From Gekko japonicus (lineage: Eukaryota), in NCBI RefSeq assembly GCF_001447785.1, contig NW_015170904.1, forward strand, positions 392,939 to 456,938: a stretch of 64,000 bases of DNA. Direction: 5' to 3'. Made by a program: the position numbers and the translations under genes. The notes under the pieces are model-generated. The model was not told the DNA's origin. It saw only the letters and a list, made by a program, of their open reading frames with translations, and did no database searches. The number at the start of each line of letters is the position of its first letter. The stretch's first letter is position 1. This document shows, piece by piece, positions 22,805-36,699 of the stretch.

Positions 22805-25124
22805 CAGAACATAATAAACAACTTGCGGGTGCTAAAGTGCCACATGGGGGGAGGACGGCTAACAAGAAAGTTAAATGCTTCTGCCACTAGCAGTTTCTCT
22901 GCTGTATTTTTCATGAGCTGCTACTACCCATAATGTACTTTGCTAGCTTAACAGAAATGGTCGCACACAGTAACAAACCAAACAGCATTCCAACACTGTA
23001 AACACCCAAAACAGTACCAAATTTGCCATGTAGTTAGAGCAGGAATCATCAGTTTCTATTTCGTGCATTCACTTTTAAGTAATAATCTATCTTTACACAC
23101 TTCTCTCTTATGTGCACCTACTATACAGGAAGGAATAGCTCCTGGTGAAGCAGAAAAGAAAACAGGCATGGTCAATAACTGAATCCCTTCAAAAGTGCAG
23201 CTATTTGTTTGTGCTGCTTTACTGTAAAAGTACAAAAGATAGTCCTAACGGTGTGTGTGGGGGGGAAATCAGATTATAAAGTGCTATAAAGCAGAAAATG
23301 TCATTTGATTCTCCAAACTGCACCAACTTTGTATAATTGCCCTTTTAATTATCCCTAGTGGCCCATGAAATTTGCAAAATAGAGCATTTAAGGTTTGATT
23401 TACTTATATGATGCACTTTGCTGATGCTCTTAATGAATGCTGTTTAGCACTAAAGCCAAACTAAAATTTCTGATTACCTGTAGGATGGCAGGAGCCAACT
23501 CAATCACAGAATGGGGAGTTTGCAGATAAAGATGTAGTGAAGTTGCTCTTTTTAAAGTTTTTCTTAGGGTTACAGATATATTGTTGCGTGTTTTCTATCT
23601 CTGAAGCCTACAAGAAATTACTACTAGATTGAATCCTTTATTTGCTCTGTTTGCAGGATACATCATTCCCTTCATTCCTCTTTCTCCCAGAAGCAACCTG
23701 TGACCCTCAAAAGCATTTTAAAGCCTCAGGGGTTACAGTGAGGAGAGAAATTGGGTTTGATCACCACTTCTTTGTGTACAGAATGCCCAAAGGATACAAT
23801 CTAGTGTATCCTGAATAGAGTTAGGATAAAGAAATAACTTTTTAATGGGCAAATATTTTCTTTGATTCTTGGGGTTTAAATTGTTGTTATATATGTATAA
23901 GTAAAAAAATGCTGGCACTCCAGCAGCTGGCGGGAGAAAGGCGGCGGGGGGGGGGGGAATGGCCGTTGTCAACAATGTGATGTCGCTTCCAGGTTTTCCT
24001 GGATGCCAGTCTTCTCTAGGAATCACCCAAAATTCTCCTGGAAATGATATCACACTCACTGATGGCTGCTTCCCATGTCACTTTCCCCCAGTCTTCCGCT
24101 GGTTGTCAGGCCAAGTCTGGAAACACTTACAGTATATAGATGTGTGTGTGTGTGTGCATATAGTTTCTTGTTTCTGTGCAAGTTCATCTTATTAAAGAAC
24201 TTAGGTTACAATTTTCAAATCTATGTACTATATGGTTTAATGGTTTTTAGAATGCTTTTTCTTCAAAGCTTTGTGCACAAACCAGAACCCAGAGGCACAC
24301 AATTAAATGATGAACACTAATCACTAGTGTTTGTGCATGTGTGTGTGTGTGTATGTGAAATTAACTGTAGTTTTTGGAGGCTGGGGTGCAGTTTCATAGA
24401 CCCAGCAGCCAAAAAATAATTTTAAAAATCTTAGCCTTATTTGCTTAGGAATTTCAGAACCACAGAATCAGGTGTATAAGTGAATTATGCAAAAGTACTA
24501 TTTTCAAGTAAAACTCTGCCCTATTGCTTTGACAATTTTTGTGTTTGTGTTTGGTGCTTCTAGAGTCATGGTACACGCCCCCCCCCCCCCCCCCACATAT
24601 GCAGTCAACTCAGCCGGAGCTAAGTGCAGCCACTATTTGTGAGCAGCATTTGTGGATAATGGGTGGGAGAGGTTAAGAATACATGGAACACTGGAGGGAG
24701 GACACAGAATCTTTAGATGGCTTGTTTCCTGTCCAACATCCAAAGACCAGCCTTGGTTCCATTCCAGGCATTAAAAAAAGGTGTGTATAGACATAATGTT
24801 CTCAAGCTCTCGACACAGTCCCTCCCCCCAATGCCTGGTGAGCTTCAAATTCAGGTTTCAAATCTTGATTAGAAGGGAACTTACTTAGTGCTATCCATTG
24901 CCATGGTTAAGGCCCGTGGGGGGTGGGGATTCAGAAGGGACACAAAGGGCAACGTCTGGATGGAGTTCATACCCTTGTGATTTGGCCTCATGTTTAAAAT
25001 CTGGAGAGTTAGCTTTAGAGTATTAGCTTTGACTTATCTCCATCTTATTTGTTATAAAGGCATTTCAGGGGATTCTCTGTGATTCCTTGTGCTAAGAATA
25101 CTAGCTTGGCTCTTATAATTGATA

Positions 25125-26058
25125 CTAGGAAAAAGGCCAGTTGTGGAAATAAATACAACGGCTTCTAGAAAGAGTCTCTGGGCGGGTGCCCCGGCCTTGG
25201 ACACTCAGTGTCAATTTGCTGTGGCAACGTCAGCAGTGTATAATGACACTGAGTCACCATTTTCTCCGGAGGAACTGATCTCTGCTACCTAAAGAACAGT
25301 TGTAATTTTGAGTGATCTCCAGCCCTCACCTGGAGATTGGCAACGATGGTTCCCCAGAAGGGAATAGTTGGTTTGGATGGTGGAGTCTATGGCTTTGTAC
25401 CTATCCGAGGTCCCACGCCTCCTGAAACCTCACCCTCTCCAGGCTCCATCCCTCACCTCTCCAGGAATTTCCCACCTGGAGTTGGCAACCCTACCTCCTT
25501 CCCAGCCAATCATCAACCTACCTTTATTTCCCCCTCACTCTTCAGCTTTCCACCCCCCACACACCTGCAGCCTCTCCCGTGCTCTGAAGTCCTGACTGCT
25601 ACGTCACATTGGCTGTCATACAGGGCCCCCCTCAGCAGCATATAAGGATACAGAGCCAACCGTTCTCTCCAGGGGAACTGATCTCTGCCATCTGGAAAGC
25701 AGTTGTAATTCTGAGTGATCTCCAGCCCTCACCTGGAGATTGGACACATTTTACCTCAGAAGAGCAAATTGTTTAGAATGTTAGAGGCAAAAGCCAATCA
25801 AGTCGCATATGCAAACGACCTCTGTGTTCTGAGGCAAAGGCCAATGAGGCTGCATATGCAAATAACCTCTGTGTTCTGGCTGGCTGTGGGGGGGAGAGGA
25901 AGGGCAAACTGTTTAGAATGTTGGAGGCGAGACTCAGGCAAAGCAGCCAGTGGATAGGGAAGACCCTCTGAATGACAGATCGGAGAGCGAACTGATTTTG
26001 GAGCGTGTGGAATGTTCTAGAGAAGTGCCACCACCATTCGGCTTTTATTTATAATTGA
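25125..26058 (-). mobile_element. Non-autonomous Helitron
   Basis: Minus strand: A|TCaattataaataaaagcc ... gccgttgtatttatttccacaactggcc hairpin, tttttcCTAG|T. Confidence 0.8.
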
Positions 26059-27209
26059 TATTGCAGGCCCATGCCACTACGACTATGGACAGCTTCCACT
26101 ATGATTCCTTTGTTTTCCTGACAGTCTTTTAGATCTGAAACTGTGGTTAGGACTTGACCTCCTGCACAGAGCTGGAAGCCCCAGTGCAACCTTGGTTGCA
26201 AATTATAGTTTTCTGATTTGAATATGACAGCAAGCTACGGTTTGCTGCAAACCAGGAAAGAAAGGGTGGAACTGTTTTAGATAAAGAAAGGGAGGGACAG
26301 GATGTGAATCAGAGACTTGTTATTATGTCTAAACGTGCCAGTAGAGTTTGAGACCTGGGAGGGTGGACTCCTGTAGGCTCAAATAAAGATACATGAATGA
26401 AATGCATTTTCAAAAAGCTAGAAGTTGCTATATTTCTAGGAAGTTGTTCTGATTTATTTTGCTTTTGGCAAATGAGGTTTGACTAGTGCAGCAAGGTGAT
26501 TCTTTATCCATTTAATCATGTTTTAAAATATGTAAATGCTGCATTTAAAATATGTGAAGACCCACAAAGAAAAATCAGTTTCCTTGAAATGGATAGATGA
26601 CCTGCTTTTAATCACATTGATTACTTGGATATTTAAATTTGTTTCAGATAGTACTACATTAATTATGTGCAATCTTGTAGTGCCCCCTCTTCTCCAGTTC
26701 TGCTGCCCATCCTTCAGCCATCTTACTAGGAACTGCTGGTGGGTCTCTGCAGGCTTCAGGATTGGAAGGGAAGTGGATTGCATCATCTGCTTCCTTCCTC
26801 CTCCCCAGGCAACAGCTTGGGTAGCTTGGAGCTGTTCCTGACCTTATCCCTTCTCCTCTTACAGGAATCCTTTTCAAAGAGGCTGTCTAGCCTTACCCTT
26901 CACCACCCCCCGCTAACCCCCACCTTCCCGCACACAGCTGGTCTGTTCCTGGGGAGTGCTGATTGCTCTCTCCTTCTTGCAAGGCTCCCAGCTTTCCCTC
27001 TTCCTCCAATGAGGGACTGTGCCCTGGATCTGACTGGAAAAGACCATAGACTGTCTGGGCACACCCCTGCTTTCCCTAAGCACATCCCCCTCTAGGCCAT
27101 AGCGCCTGAGCTGCTGCAGGTCTTGCCCTGGCCTCCTCTATGGCTGCTGGTACTGACACCTTGTTGGGGCTGCCCTGAGGCTGGGTCTCAACTGGTGTTG
27201 GCTGCAGAG

Positions 27210-27667
27210 TAGGGATGCCAGTCCTAAGGTGGGGGATCCCCCAATTTTGGGGCTCCCCCCAGACACTGTCCAGCCCGATCCCAACAGTCGTCTGTGGCCC
27301 CGCTTGAAAAGAGCGGGTGCCATGTGTGCCTTCCCCCACAAGCGGTGAATTCACGGCTTGGAGGTCAGGTGCATTTGACGCCAGCTCTTTTCATGTGGTT
27401 GCCACCCCCTCCTGCCCTGCAAGTGGTGAATTCGCCACTTGCAAGGGCAGGCGTGTGCAGCACCCTCTTTCCCCCCAACTATTTAAAGGAAAGATTCCCT
27501 TTAAATGGTTGGGGAGAAGCAGGGGGCATGCACATGCAGCACTGCATCCCCGGCATGATGATGTCACTCTGTATGACATCATCACATCAGGGATGGCCCT
27601 TCCCCCTCCCGCAACACTCCCCAAACCCCCCCTCCCACTGAGGAGAAGATGGGACCTGGCAACCCTG
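27210..27667. mobile_element. hAT (tagggttgcca-type TIR) non-autonomous element
   Basis: TIRs tagggatgccag / ctggcaaccctg; degenerate 8-bp TSD ctgcagag / ctgcgtag. Confidence 0.75.
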
Positions 27668-30600
27668 CTGCGTAGGCAGCCTCACCAGTGGGATAGCTTA
27701 GAGTCTGGCACCATCCTCGGACTGTCTTACATTTAGAATTGCAGAGAACCTGGCAGACACCCTACATCTAACACATTCATGACAGGTGCCTCCACCCTCT
27801 ATGAGTAACTGGCTCCAGTGGTAAAGTAAAACGAAAAGAAGAGGGTGCGGTCTTAGTGTGTGTGTGTGTGTGTGTTCTTGAGGCAATCTACATGTTAAAT
27901 TTTGTCTGAGTTCACAGTGGTGACTGGCAGCTATACTGCAGCAACACCATGTAAAAGTGCCACAGGGGCCCAATTTGAATCAGGACCACTGGGCAGGGGA
28001 GTAGGGTGCTTTTCAGCACTGTTTTCCAGGGCTGAAGCAGTCTGGAGGGGTGTATGTAGAATCACGTGTGTACAAGCATGCACATAATTTGTAGTTCAGT
28101 TGATAAGCTTTTAGAAATTTGATAACGGTTACATATTTCCTTCCCATCACTGCAGCCAGTTAACCAACAACAAAACGGTTGTTATTTGATGTCGCCATAA
28201 ACTGTATTTCCAAGAAACCCCATCCAGATTAAAATCAGGGGTTGTTTGGAGGTGTAATATGCCCATCCCCTGTAAAGCTGAATCTCTAACATATAAAAAT
28301 GTAAGCTGCACTTTACAGTAGTCTGCTGTCCATGTGAAAATAAACTTGAATCCTCACCTCAGAAGCAAATAAGAGAAGGTGAAATTTTCTGAAACATAGT
28401 TTTACTCCTTTCTAAAATTGGAAACACAAAGTGGAAGGTTAATAAGAAGAAAACCCTCTGAACCTAGTGGTTAGGCTAACATTTAGCTTCCCAACTGAGG
28501 AGGGATGAAGGAGCTGAGCCAAAACAATCACAAAGAAACCAATCAGATCACTGTAGGCATTCTTGTTTTCAAAGTTGGTAGGAAATGGTTTTCTAAGAAA
28601 AATTGAATTGATGTTCTTTCTTTCCCTTTAGGAGCCAGTTTTCTGATCTCCAGTTAAGATGATAAACCTATACTGGACTCTAATTTTTGGTCTGCAACTC
28701 AACAGTATTTTTATATATGTTGTCAGATTCTATTTCAGCTGTACAACTGCAAAGCAGTAGAGATGGTAGTTATTTTCTAGAGTCATCCTTATGTTTCCCC
28801 CTAAAATACACCAGATTTATTTATTCTTTTACCAAAAGATCATTTTTATCTGCAGGTAGGCTTGCTTACATGTGTGCTCTGTAGCACTCAATTCACTTAC
28901 TGTGGTCGTTAGCATTAATTGGGATTTGAGAGTATAACAAGAGCACAATATACCCCAGAGTGCTTTACTTAATTTCTCTTTGAAGTGGAATGAAGTTGTC
29001 CAATTGACCATATGCTGCGATTTGCCATTGCAGCAGTCGGTTGTCCTGACTCCTAATAGAACAGGTTAATCTTTCCTAGCAAGGCTTGGATTAATCCGCC
29101 GTTTGAATGCACACAAAGTATATAGACAGATACTGCCTTTGAAAATGACAACAAGTTCAAGACTCTGTAAGCTGTGTTCTCTGAACAAATAGAAACAGAT
29201 GTGGTGCAACACCTTTTACATAAAATTATCCAACCAGCTCAACAGACATAAATGCTATGTAAAAATGTTGCACTTAATGTGGTTTATTTGGATACATATT
29301 GGCATTAACTATTACAAATGTCGAATGTCTCTTAAAGTAATTTTTATCTTGGTCTGTGTGTGTACCCACTGCTCCCACTAGTTTGATGTGGAAGGGAGAC
29401 AGGTATAGAAATCCCAAAGCCAAGCAGTCTGTTTGTTTTAAACAAAATCTCTCCTCATTTTCCAACTTCAGCTTGTTCCCACAGACTAACATTGGGGGGG
29501 GGGGGGATAATGATTTGTTGTAGGAGTTATCCCCCAGGGTGTTATTTTTTGTAAAGATATAATAATAATAATAATTGTCCCTTTCTACCTTATATGCATT
29601 TGAGGGCCATGATTCATTACATAAAATCCTCTGTAGTGGCATGAACACATCAGAGTTTTTGTTGTTCACAGAGGGTTCCGCTGAGGAACTCGATTAGTGC
29701 ATCTTGTTGTTCTCAAAGGTGCCACTGGACTTGAATCTAGCTGATTAGTGCAATAAGCAAAACTAATTTTATAATTTAGGAGTTCAGATTCATTTCGCAT
29801 TCAAACATACAGGAGCATCCAAACATGTAAAACATCTGCTCAAATAAAAAAAATACCTTCCCGTGGTTTTATAAAGGGAGGTGCCCGCATTTGGCAACAT
29901 GTCCCACAGCCTCGGGGACATTAGTATAAAGGCCCTGCTCCGGTTCTTCATTTCATGACAAACAGCATTACAAGCAGCACCTTCTGCAATGGTTTGTAGG
30001 AAATGTAGGATAGGGCTGATATGGAGAGAGGTTTTTTCTGAATATCTGAACTTTATAGCACTTTACGTGAAGTGCCTTGTAGGCCAGTGCCACCACCTTG
30101 AAGTAGGCATGCAAAAGTAACATTTACCTTGTTCCTTTGCTTGTCACCTAGCTGGCTGTTGGTTAAAACAGTGTTATTGCTTGGGAGACAGTGTAGTTCA
30201 AATACCCTAATAGTCTTGGACATGAGTCTAAATCTCTGTTAACTAAGGAGTCTTGAGCAAGTCACTATCTCTGTGTTCCAGATCTCTAATTTTAAAGAAT
30301 GATCATGACCTGGCAGGCTTGTTGAAAGGAGCAATAAGATAAAGCAGTTTCCTTTCTAACAGGTTCTATAGAAACACTAGGTAGGATTCTGATGCATCTT
30401 GAGTCCTGGTACAAGTTACAGAAATATTCTGTTTATGATCCAGAAAGAGAAAATTTGTTATTCACTATCTTTAGTGTGGTTTCCCTCAGCTTACTTGTTT
30501 ATTAGATTCTATCTGCCTGCCCAGTTATGGGCTATGCAAGCATAAAATTTTACATATAGGATTATTCCTTCTGGAATGCCCAGTCCACAGCAGTTCCTTC

Positions 30601-31001
30601 TGATGCTTTAAAGCAAAGCAGGTTTGTGATGTGAAAGGGAAGAAGATGGCAACACGACGATGTTTGCTTTCATTCTGCTTATGCCTGCTTTTAAATATGG
30701 TAGTATTACTTATGTGAGTCCACATACGTGATCAGAAATTAAACCCGTAAAGTTGGATGATCAGCTGCCAATTTCAACTACAGCTCATGTGGTGAATGGT
30801 TTGATTCTTTCTTCATCCGTTGACTGTAAGCTTGATGCGACGAATCAGCAGTGTTTAGTTTTAGGAGGTTTAGAAACATTTTTCATTCTGCATTTTTGGT
30901 TCAGCAGTGACCTACGGTAGGTTTGGCTGCTTGCACTTACTTGCTTACTTACTACCTTGCTTCTGCCTTACTGCCAACAAGTGATAGCAGATGTGAGTAT
31001 T

Positions 31002-31214
31002 GTGTGTGTGTGTATGCCTGGAAGTCATGGTTGACTTCTGGCAACCCCTAGTGGGGTTTCGACGTTTCAGAGAGGTGGCTTACTATTGCCTGCCTCTGAG
31101 TCCCAGCCTTGGTATTCCTTGGAGGTCTCCCTTCCAGTTACTTGCCAGGGTCAGCCCTGCTTAGCTTCTGAGATCTGATGAGATTGGGCTTGCCTGGGCT
31201 ATCCAGGTCAGGGC
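31002..31214 (-). mobile_element. 5S rRNA-derived SINE
   Basis: Paralogue of 13808-14047 with 5S head and (CA)n tail. Confidence 0.85.
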
Positions 31215-32844
31215 TAAATTGAGGTATGTTGTTGGGCACTTGTCTGATACAATCCCTGACAAAACCACAGTGTGAGTTGCAGCCAAATGGTTAATTATGG
31301 CAGAGTGGAAATCCATACTACTAACTCGTATATATATTTTTGGAATAATGCAGATAACTGACTTTGTAGAGAGGAAAGTACTTTTTTCAACAGTCAAAGA
31401 AGAAATGTACAGTTTTGTCATGTTGGCTAATTTACAATATCTGTAAGATGCACCACTAGCTTCCATTCTTGTGTCCTCCCTCTTGATTCCACCGCTCTCC
31501 TCCCCCCCCTTTCTGTTTTCCTTTCCCCACTATCCTGTCCAAAGTGTGCATTTCCTCTGTTGCGTATTCTTTGGAGGGAGAGGTGGGATGGGATGGCAGA
31601 TGGGTTGCTTGTGTGATCTTACCTAATAAAAATTGATATTGTGTTTACCTTATCGTTCATTTAATAATAAATAAATGATGTTTTACTAAAATACAAGACT
31701 GATAATTAATGGGAAACCAACCGTCCAAATTTCCCTATAGCATTAGAGGCACTAGCCCATACCCTGTGACCAAGAAATGACTGAGACCCCAAGATATCCA
31801 ATGAATTTGCAGGGAAATCTCATTCATAGGGAAGACATTAGCTCTTAAGAGCTCCTTCAAAAGTATCCGGCAAAATAAACTTCATCGAAGTTAGTTTATC
31901 TACCAAAGAAACATGAAGGACTAAGTAAACCCTGATGAGATCTGAGGTTCCAGTCAATCTTGGTATTTAAAACCTGATGCTTAGGCTGCTAAGCCATCCC
32001 CTGAAGCTTTCCTTGCTGCATAAGATATGAAGAAATCTCCAGTCCTGCAAACAGATATTAAATTGGATACTTTTTCACCCTGCCTTGATAAGGTACAGCA
32101 CAGAGAAGCAGGGAAATGGAAAAGTGCTATGAAGAATTATATGTATTTGAATCTCACATAGAAACAGTTAAGATAGGAGGATTTTCGGAGCTGCTAGCAA
32201 TGGTTTCATTGATGAACTACAGAAAATACAACCCTTCCTTTGGTATTGCTCTGTGTTTGTGAAGAAAACTGTTATTGATGAAATATTTTGCACCTGGATA
32301 TGTAATTCTGTACAGGGCAGACTACTACCTACTGCCTTTGTGTCTGCGCTGCACTGCTTCCATAACATGTAGCAGGGCTCATCACGTGTGCTTGAAGTGC
32401 AGAATGTTTCCATGCCAGCACTAGAGTTTGTTGATGTATGTTAATGCTCCAAACACTGAGGAAGGATAATTGGGTGACAGACTCTAGCAACACAGACTGA
32501 ACTGTTAAGCCATTTCAAGGGTTCTTCCATGTTAAGCTCGTTGAAACAGCCCCAGTTAAGACAACCCCAGTTAAACATATAACTGGTAAATATGCCATTG
32601 TTTTAAATAAACCCATTCAAAATACTGAATCATCAGGTGCAAGAGCCCTTGGATATCAAAAGTCCAACTGCAGTTTGCTGGTATAGTCTCAAAAACTGTA
32701 CTTAGCAAATGGGTGTGATATACATAACATACTGGAATTTTCTGAAAAGAGAAGAGGTTTAACTGCACAGTTCTCTTTTATGTGTCAATTTGTCCACTGC
32801 TCTCACTGTTGCCTTGTTTACACCTTTGCCAGTTATGCTTTTCT

Positions 32845-32985
32845 GATATTTACATGGGCCAAACTGGAGAGTCTCTATGCAAGAGACATTAATAATAAAA
32901 ACTATGAGACACCAGTAGGAGAGCATTTCCATTTTTCTGGATCTTCAGTCATAGACCTAACTAGCAGAAGAGTTTCAAAGGGAGA
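32845..32985 (+). mobile_element. Penelope GIY-YIG endonuclease remnant
   Basis: IYMGQTG, then (another frame) DINNKNYETPVGEHFHFSGSSVIDL, resembling the Penelope GIY-YIG C-terminal region. Confidence 0.6.
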
Positions 32986-33083
32986 CTCTGTGGCAGCTGT
33001 GGGCTGAGAGAATGAGAGGAGAGGGCTCTGAGGCAACTGTCTTCTGGACTGAAGAATGTCCAGTCCTCCACTCTGGCCTCTTC

Positions 33084-33335
33084 TAAAGGTAAATGTAAAA
33101 GTTTCCCTTGCTCGAAAGCCAGTTGATTCCGACTCTAGGGGGTGGCGTTCGTCTCCGTTTCCAAGCCAAAGAGCCAGCGCTGTCTGAAGATGTTTCAGTG
33201 GTCATGTGGCCGGCATGACTAAATGCGGAGACTCATAGAATGCTGTTACCTTCCCACCGAAGCAGTACCTATTTATCTACTTGCAGTTTCTTGCTTTCAA
33301 ACTGCTAGGCTGGCAGGAGCTGGGGCCAGAGACAG
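33084..33335 (-). mobile_element. Sauria SINE (5' truncated)
   Basis: Reverse complement of the 63017-63350 core; accttta tail. Confidence 0.85.
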
Positions 33336-33979
33336 ATTCTTTCAAACCCAGCCACCTACCGTCAAATAAAAAAGGGACACAAGCTTTTGGGACTGGTAGT
33401 GTGTAATCTATGTGCTACCTAAAGGTCCCTTATTTGGAAACCTGCTAGGCCAAGGCTGTATTTATTTGTGAGGTAATAGTGATAACCCTTTCTAAGGTAT
33501 TTAACTTGACAGACAAGACCAGATAGAGATGAAAACAAAGGTTTATTTAACAGAAAATAAAGCATTTAATAAGGTAACTGTTACATGTGGATGACTTCAA
33601 TATATAAAATAAAGCTGGCTCTCTAGTAAAATAAATAACCCCCAAAGTAGGATTTGATTCCCCTTTCTCCAGAGAGGTTACCTTAGCAGGTTGAAGGTGG
33701 CTCTTTTTTTCTCACAGAGCACCTTTCCACAGAACCTACACACACCAGTTAGGAATGGCGGGCCCTTAATGGGATGCTTATTTGTCACACTAAAATAAAC
33801 TTTCTTCCCTAAGCTGACTCCCCAACCCTAAATAAAAGCTTGGTTAAGCTGACACCCCTTTCCAGAGCCACCGAATCCCTGTCCAAATTTTTTTCCCCCT
33901 TCACCTTTCCTAAACTGAGGCTGGCTCACCCCCTCCCATCCAGTGGTGCTCCATGGGCTCTGATTGGCCGACAGTCACT

Positions 33980-34670
33980 TGGAAGTCTCTATGCAAGAGG
34001 CATTAACAATGAAAACCACGAGCAGGGAAGTATTTCCATTTTCCTGGACACTCAGTTATATACTTACCTAGCAGAAGAGTTTCAAACAAACGCAGAAGAG
34101 TTTCAAGGAAGATGTTACCGGGTTGGAATTCATGTGCATGTTTGATTCTATCAGTCTTGGACTCAGTAAAGCCTGTGGATGGTTACTTCAGTGTAGAAAA
34201 AAAATTAGCCCTCCTTATAAGTTAATGTAACTTATACATATTTATTTTACTTTGCTAAGTCATCAACAGTTGGACACGATCCACAGTCACTATGATTGGA
34301 TCGTTAGCTCTTTTACCTGATCTTGCTTTCATCTGTGCTCCGCAGCATAATTCAAACCAGCTAGGTCCTGGAAAGCTAGGCCTTTTGTCCTTTTTTGTAA
34401 CTACCTTGCATCTCCCCTACCCTTTTGCAGTTTGGAGCGTTATGTGTATGCATTTGCAAACTAAATGTAACACATCATGCAGCCAGTGAAGTGGACTTTA
34501 TCTCATGAAAGCTGATGCCCCGGTGCAACTGAAGTGCTGTAAACAAGACTCTTTCAGTGCCATCCTGAGCGTCCTTCTAAGCCAGTTGACTTCATTGGAA
34601 GTTTTGTTAGGATGGCACTGTTTGTTACTTGACTGCAGGAGACTAACATGGCTACCCCTCTGAGATTCAT
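33980..34670 (+). mobile_element. Degraded Penelope 3' region
   Basis: Repeat of the GIY-YIG segment, then ctcatgaaagct and actaacatggctacccctctga pLTR pieces. Confidence 0.5.
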
Positions 34671-36699
34671 GTTTGCAGAGTTACTTTCAGTTTGGCAAAC
34701 TAATTCCTGTACTATTCTCAGATACAGAATTGAAAAGTGAAGGCAGACCAAAAAGCCCCAACGAACAAAAAAATCCCTACCTGTATAAGCCCTGCTATTC
34801 AGCTGTCTCTTATGAGTTTCTTACAAGAACTGTCCTCTTTCTCCATTCTTCCCTGAGTTGCCTGTACTTGAGAATAGCCACCCTACTTACTTTCATCGAT
34901 AACTCCACAGTTTACTGTTAGCGTTTAATTTTAAATGAGGAAATGTGTAAGGAGACATTTACAAGTTTACCTCCATGATACTGGCATACTGTTATAGTGG
35001 ATCTCATCAAAATCCTGGCAGTGGAAGGTGCAAATGTAGCCACTCTGTAAGATACTAAGGAGCCCACTTTGCATGTTAATTTTAAGAGACAAGTGGTCTC
35101 TCAAGAGTTATATTTGTATTTAAATATACATGGAAATGTTAATATCAGAAGGCAGAGTATAATTCATCAATTCATAATGCACCTAGGATTATCATCTTTT
35201 TTTTGGCAGTCTGCGTTCAGACGTAACAACAGACACTGTTTTGCCATTATGAAAATGGGTCCTGGAAGTTTTAGGGCTCCTGTGCTGTCAACATTATTTC
35301 TTCCCTCATGAGCAAACTGAATCTTGAAGACATGCTTGAAGGATAACACTATGGTTTGTTGTGATGTCCAAATTGAACAAAATGACAGATTGTGCTTTGT
35401 TCTCTTGCCTACAGAATCAGAACTCCAAAACGTGGCTTAATCCTAGCAGTCCAAGATTTTTTTTGATGGGTTGATGGCACATTTATGGTGTCTCAGGAGG
35501 CATTAATTGATCTCCTCCAGCAGTTCACTGGGGCACTGGTGAAATTATTTGTGGTTCCCGATGGTGGTGAATAAATGATGGCTTATGATGTCCTTCCACA
35601 GAGTTCCATTTTATGATGTTCTTTCTTCAAAGTATACATACAGATCCTGGGTAAGATTATGCACACGTGGGATGAGATACGCCACACGGTTCAAGTCATT
35701 CAGCTCTGTTCTTTTCCTTTTTACCTACATCTTAGAATCTGTTAGAACTTGATTAGTCGCTGACAATGTTTAAAGTTTTGTAAGGGTAAAAAGACAAATT
35801 AATGTCTCACAAGCCCTGCACTGTGAAGGAATAGGGATATCTACCCTTCTGTTGAGGGAGTTTTTTTCTCTACAGTTGCATGAAACTGGTAGATTGATGG
35901 GCACGCTGTATATATCAGATGGCAATTAGTGGTTGTTGCCGAAAGTGAGAGGATTTTTTTAGCTAACTATATTTCATATTTTGGTATATTTTATTACATT
36001 TTCATCTTATTTTATATTGCATTTCAATTCATTTAAAATGTTGTTACCTTCTTTGATCCTATGAGATGGTCAGGTTGCAGACTGAAATAAATCAATAATA
36101 CATGGTGAGCAAAGAGAACTGCTCATGTGTAATTTTTTTTAAAGGAATTATGTTAACATATGGTCAGCTGAGTGGTGCAGTTGGTTAATTGATTAATTAG
36201 ATTTTCACGGCAGAGCCCGAGCTTCAGAAGTGGTTCAAGTAATGAGGGTAAAAGGTTTTGGTTTCCTCTGTATGCCAACTGGAGCTGTGTCCTTATCACA
36301 AAACAAAAAAGAACAGCACCAAGCTAACAAGGATGCTTTTGAGCGAGGCATCTCCCCCCCCCCTTTGTTATTGGCAGTGTTTGTAGAGCAGTTTGTACAC
36401 AGGGTTACCTGGCCCCAGTCTCAGTCTTGAGATGTGTGTTCTTCTGCTTTCCTGAAACTCAAAAAGAAAGTCAATTCCTTTGTGCATCATGGCTCCTGTT
36501 GGTTGCTAATATTTTCTCTATTATTTTGCATCTTCTTACCTAGTAGGAATCCCAGGAATGTTGGTTTTTCCCATTTTTTAAAAATGTGACATCAGTTCAG
36601 TTCATATTACCACAACTGTGCTTCCTTTTAACGCAGTACCACAGCATACTCATGTTTAGAAGGCATATGCAACAAAGATTGCATGGAGTGGAGCCACAA

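Noticed and set aside
33467-33972. Solo LTR (minus strand)
   Set aside because: tg...ca ends, tttatt and attgg are suggestive, but I found no TSD and the boundaries are unsupported
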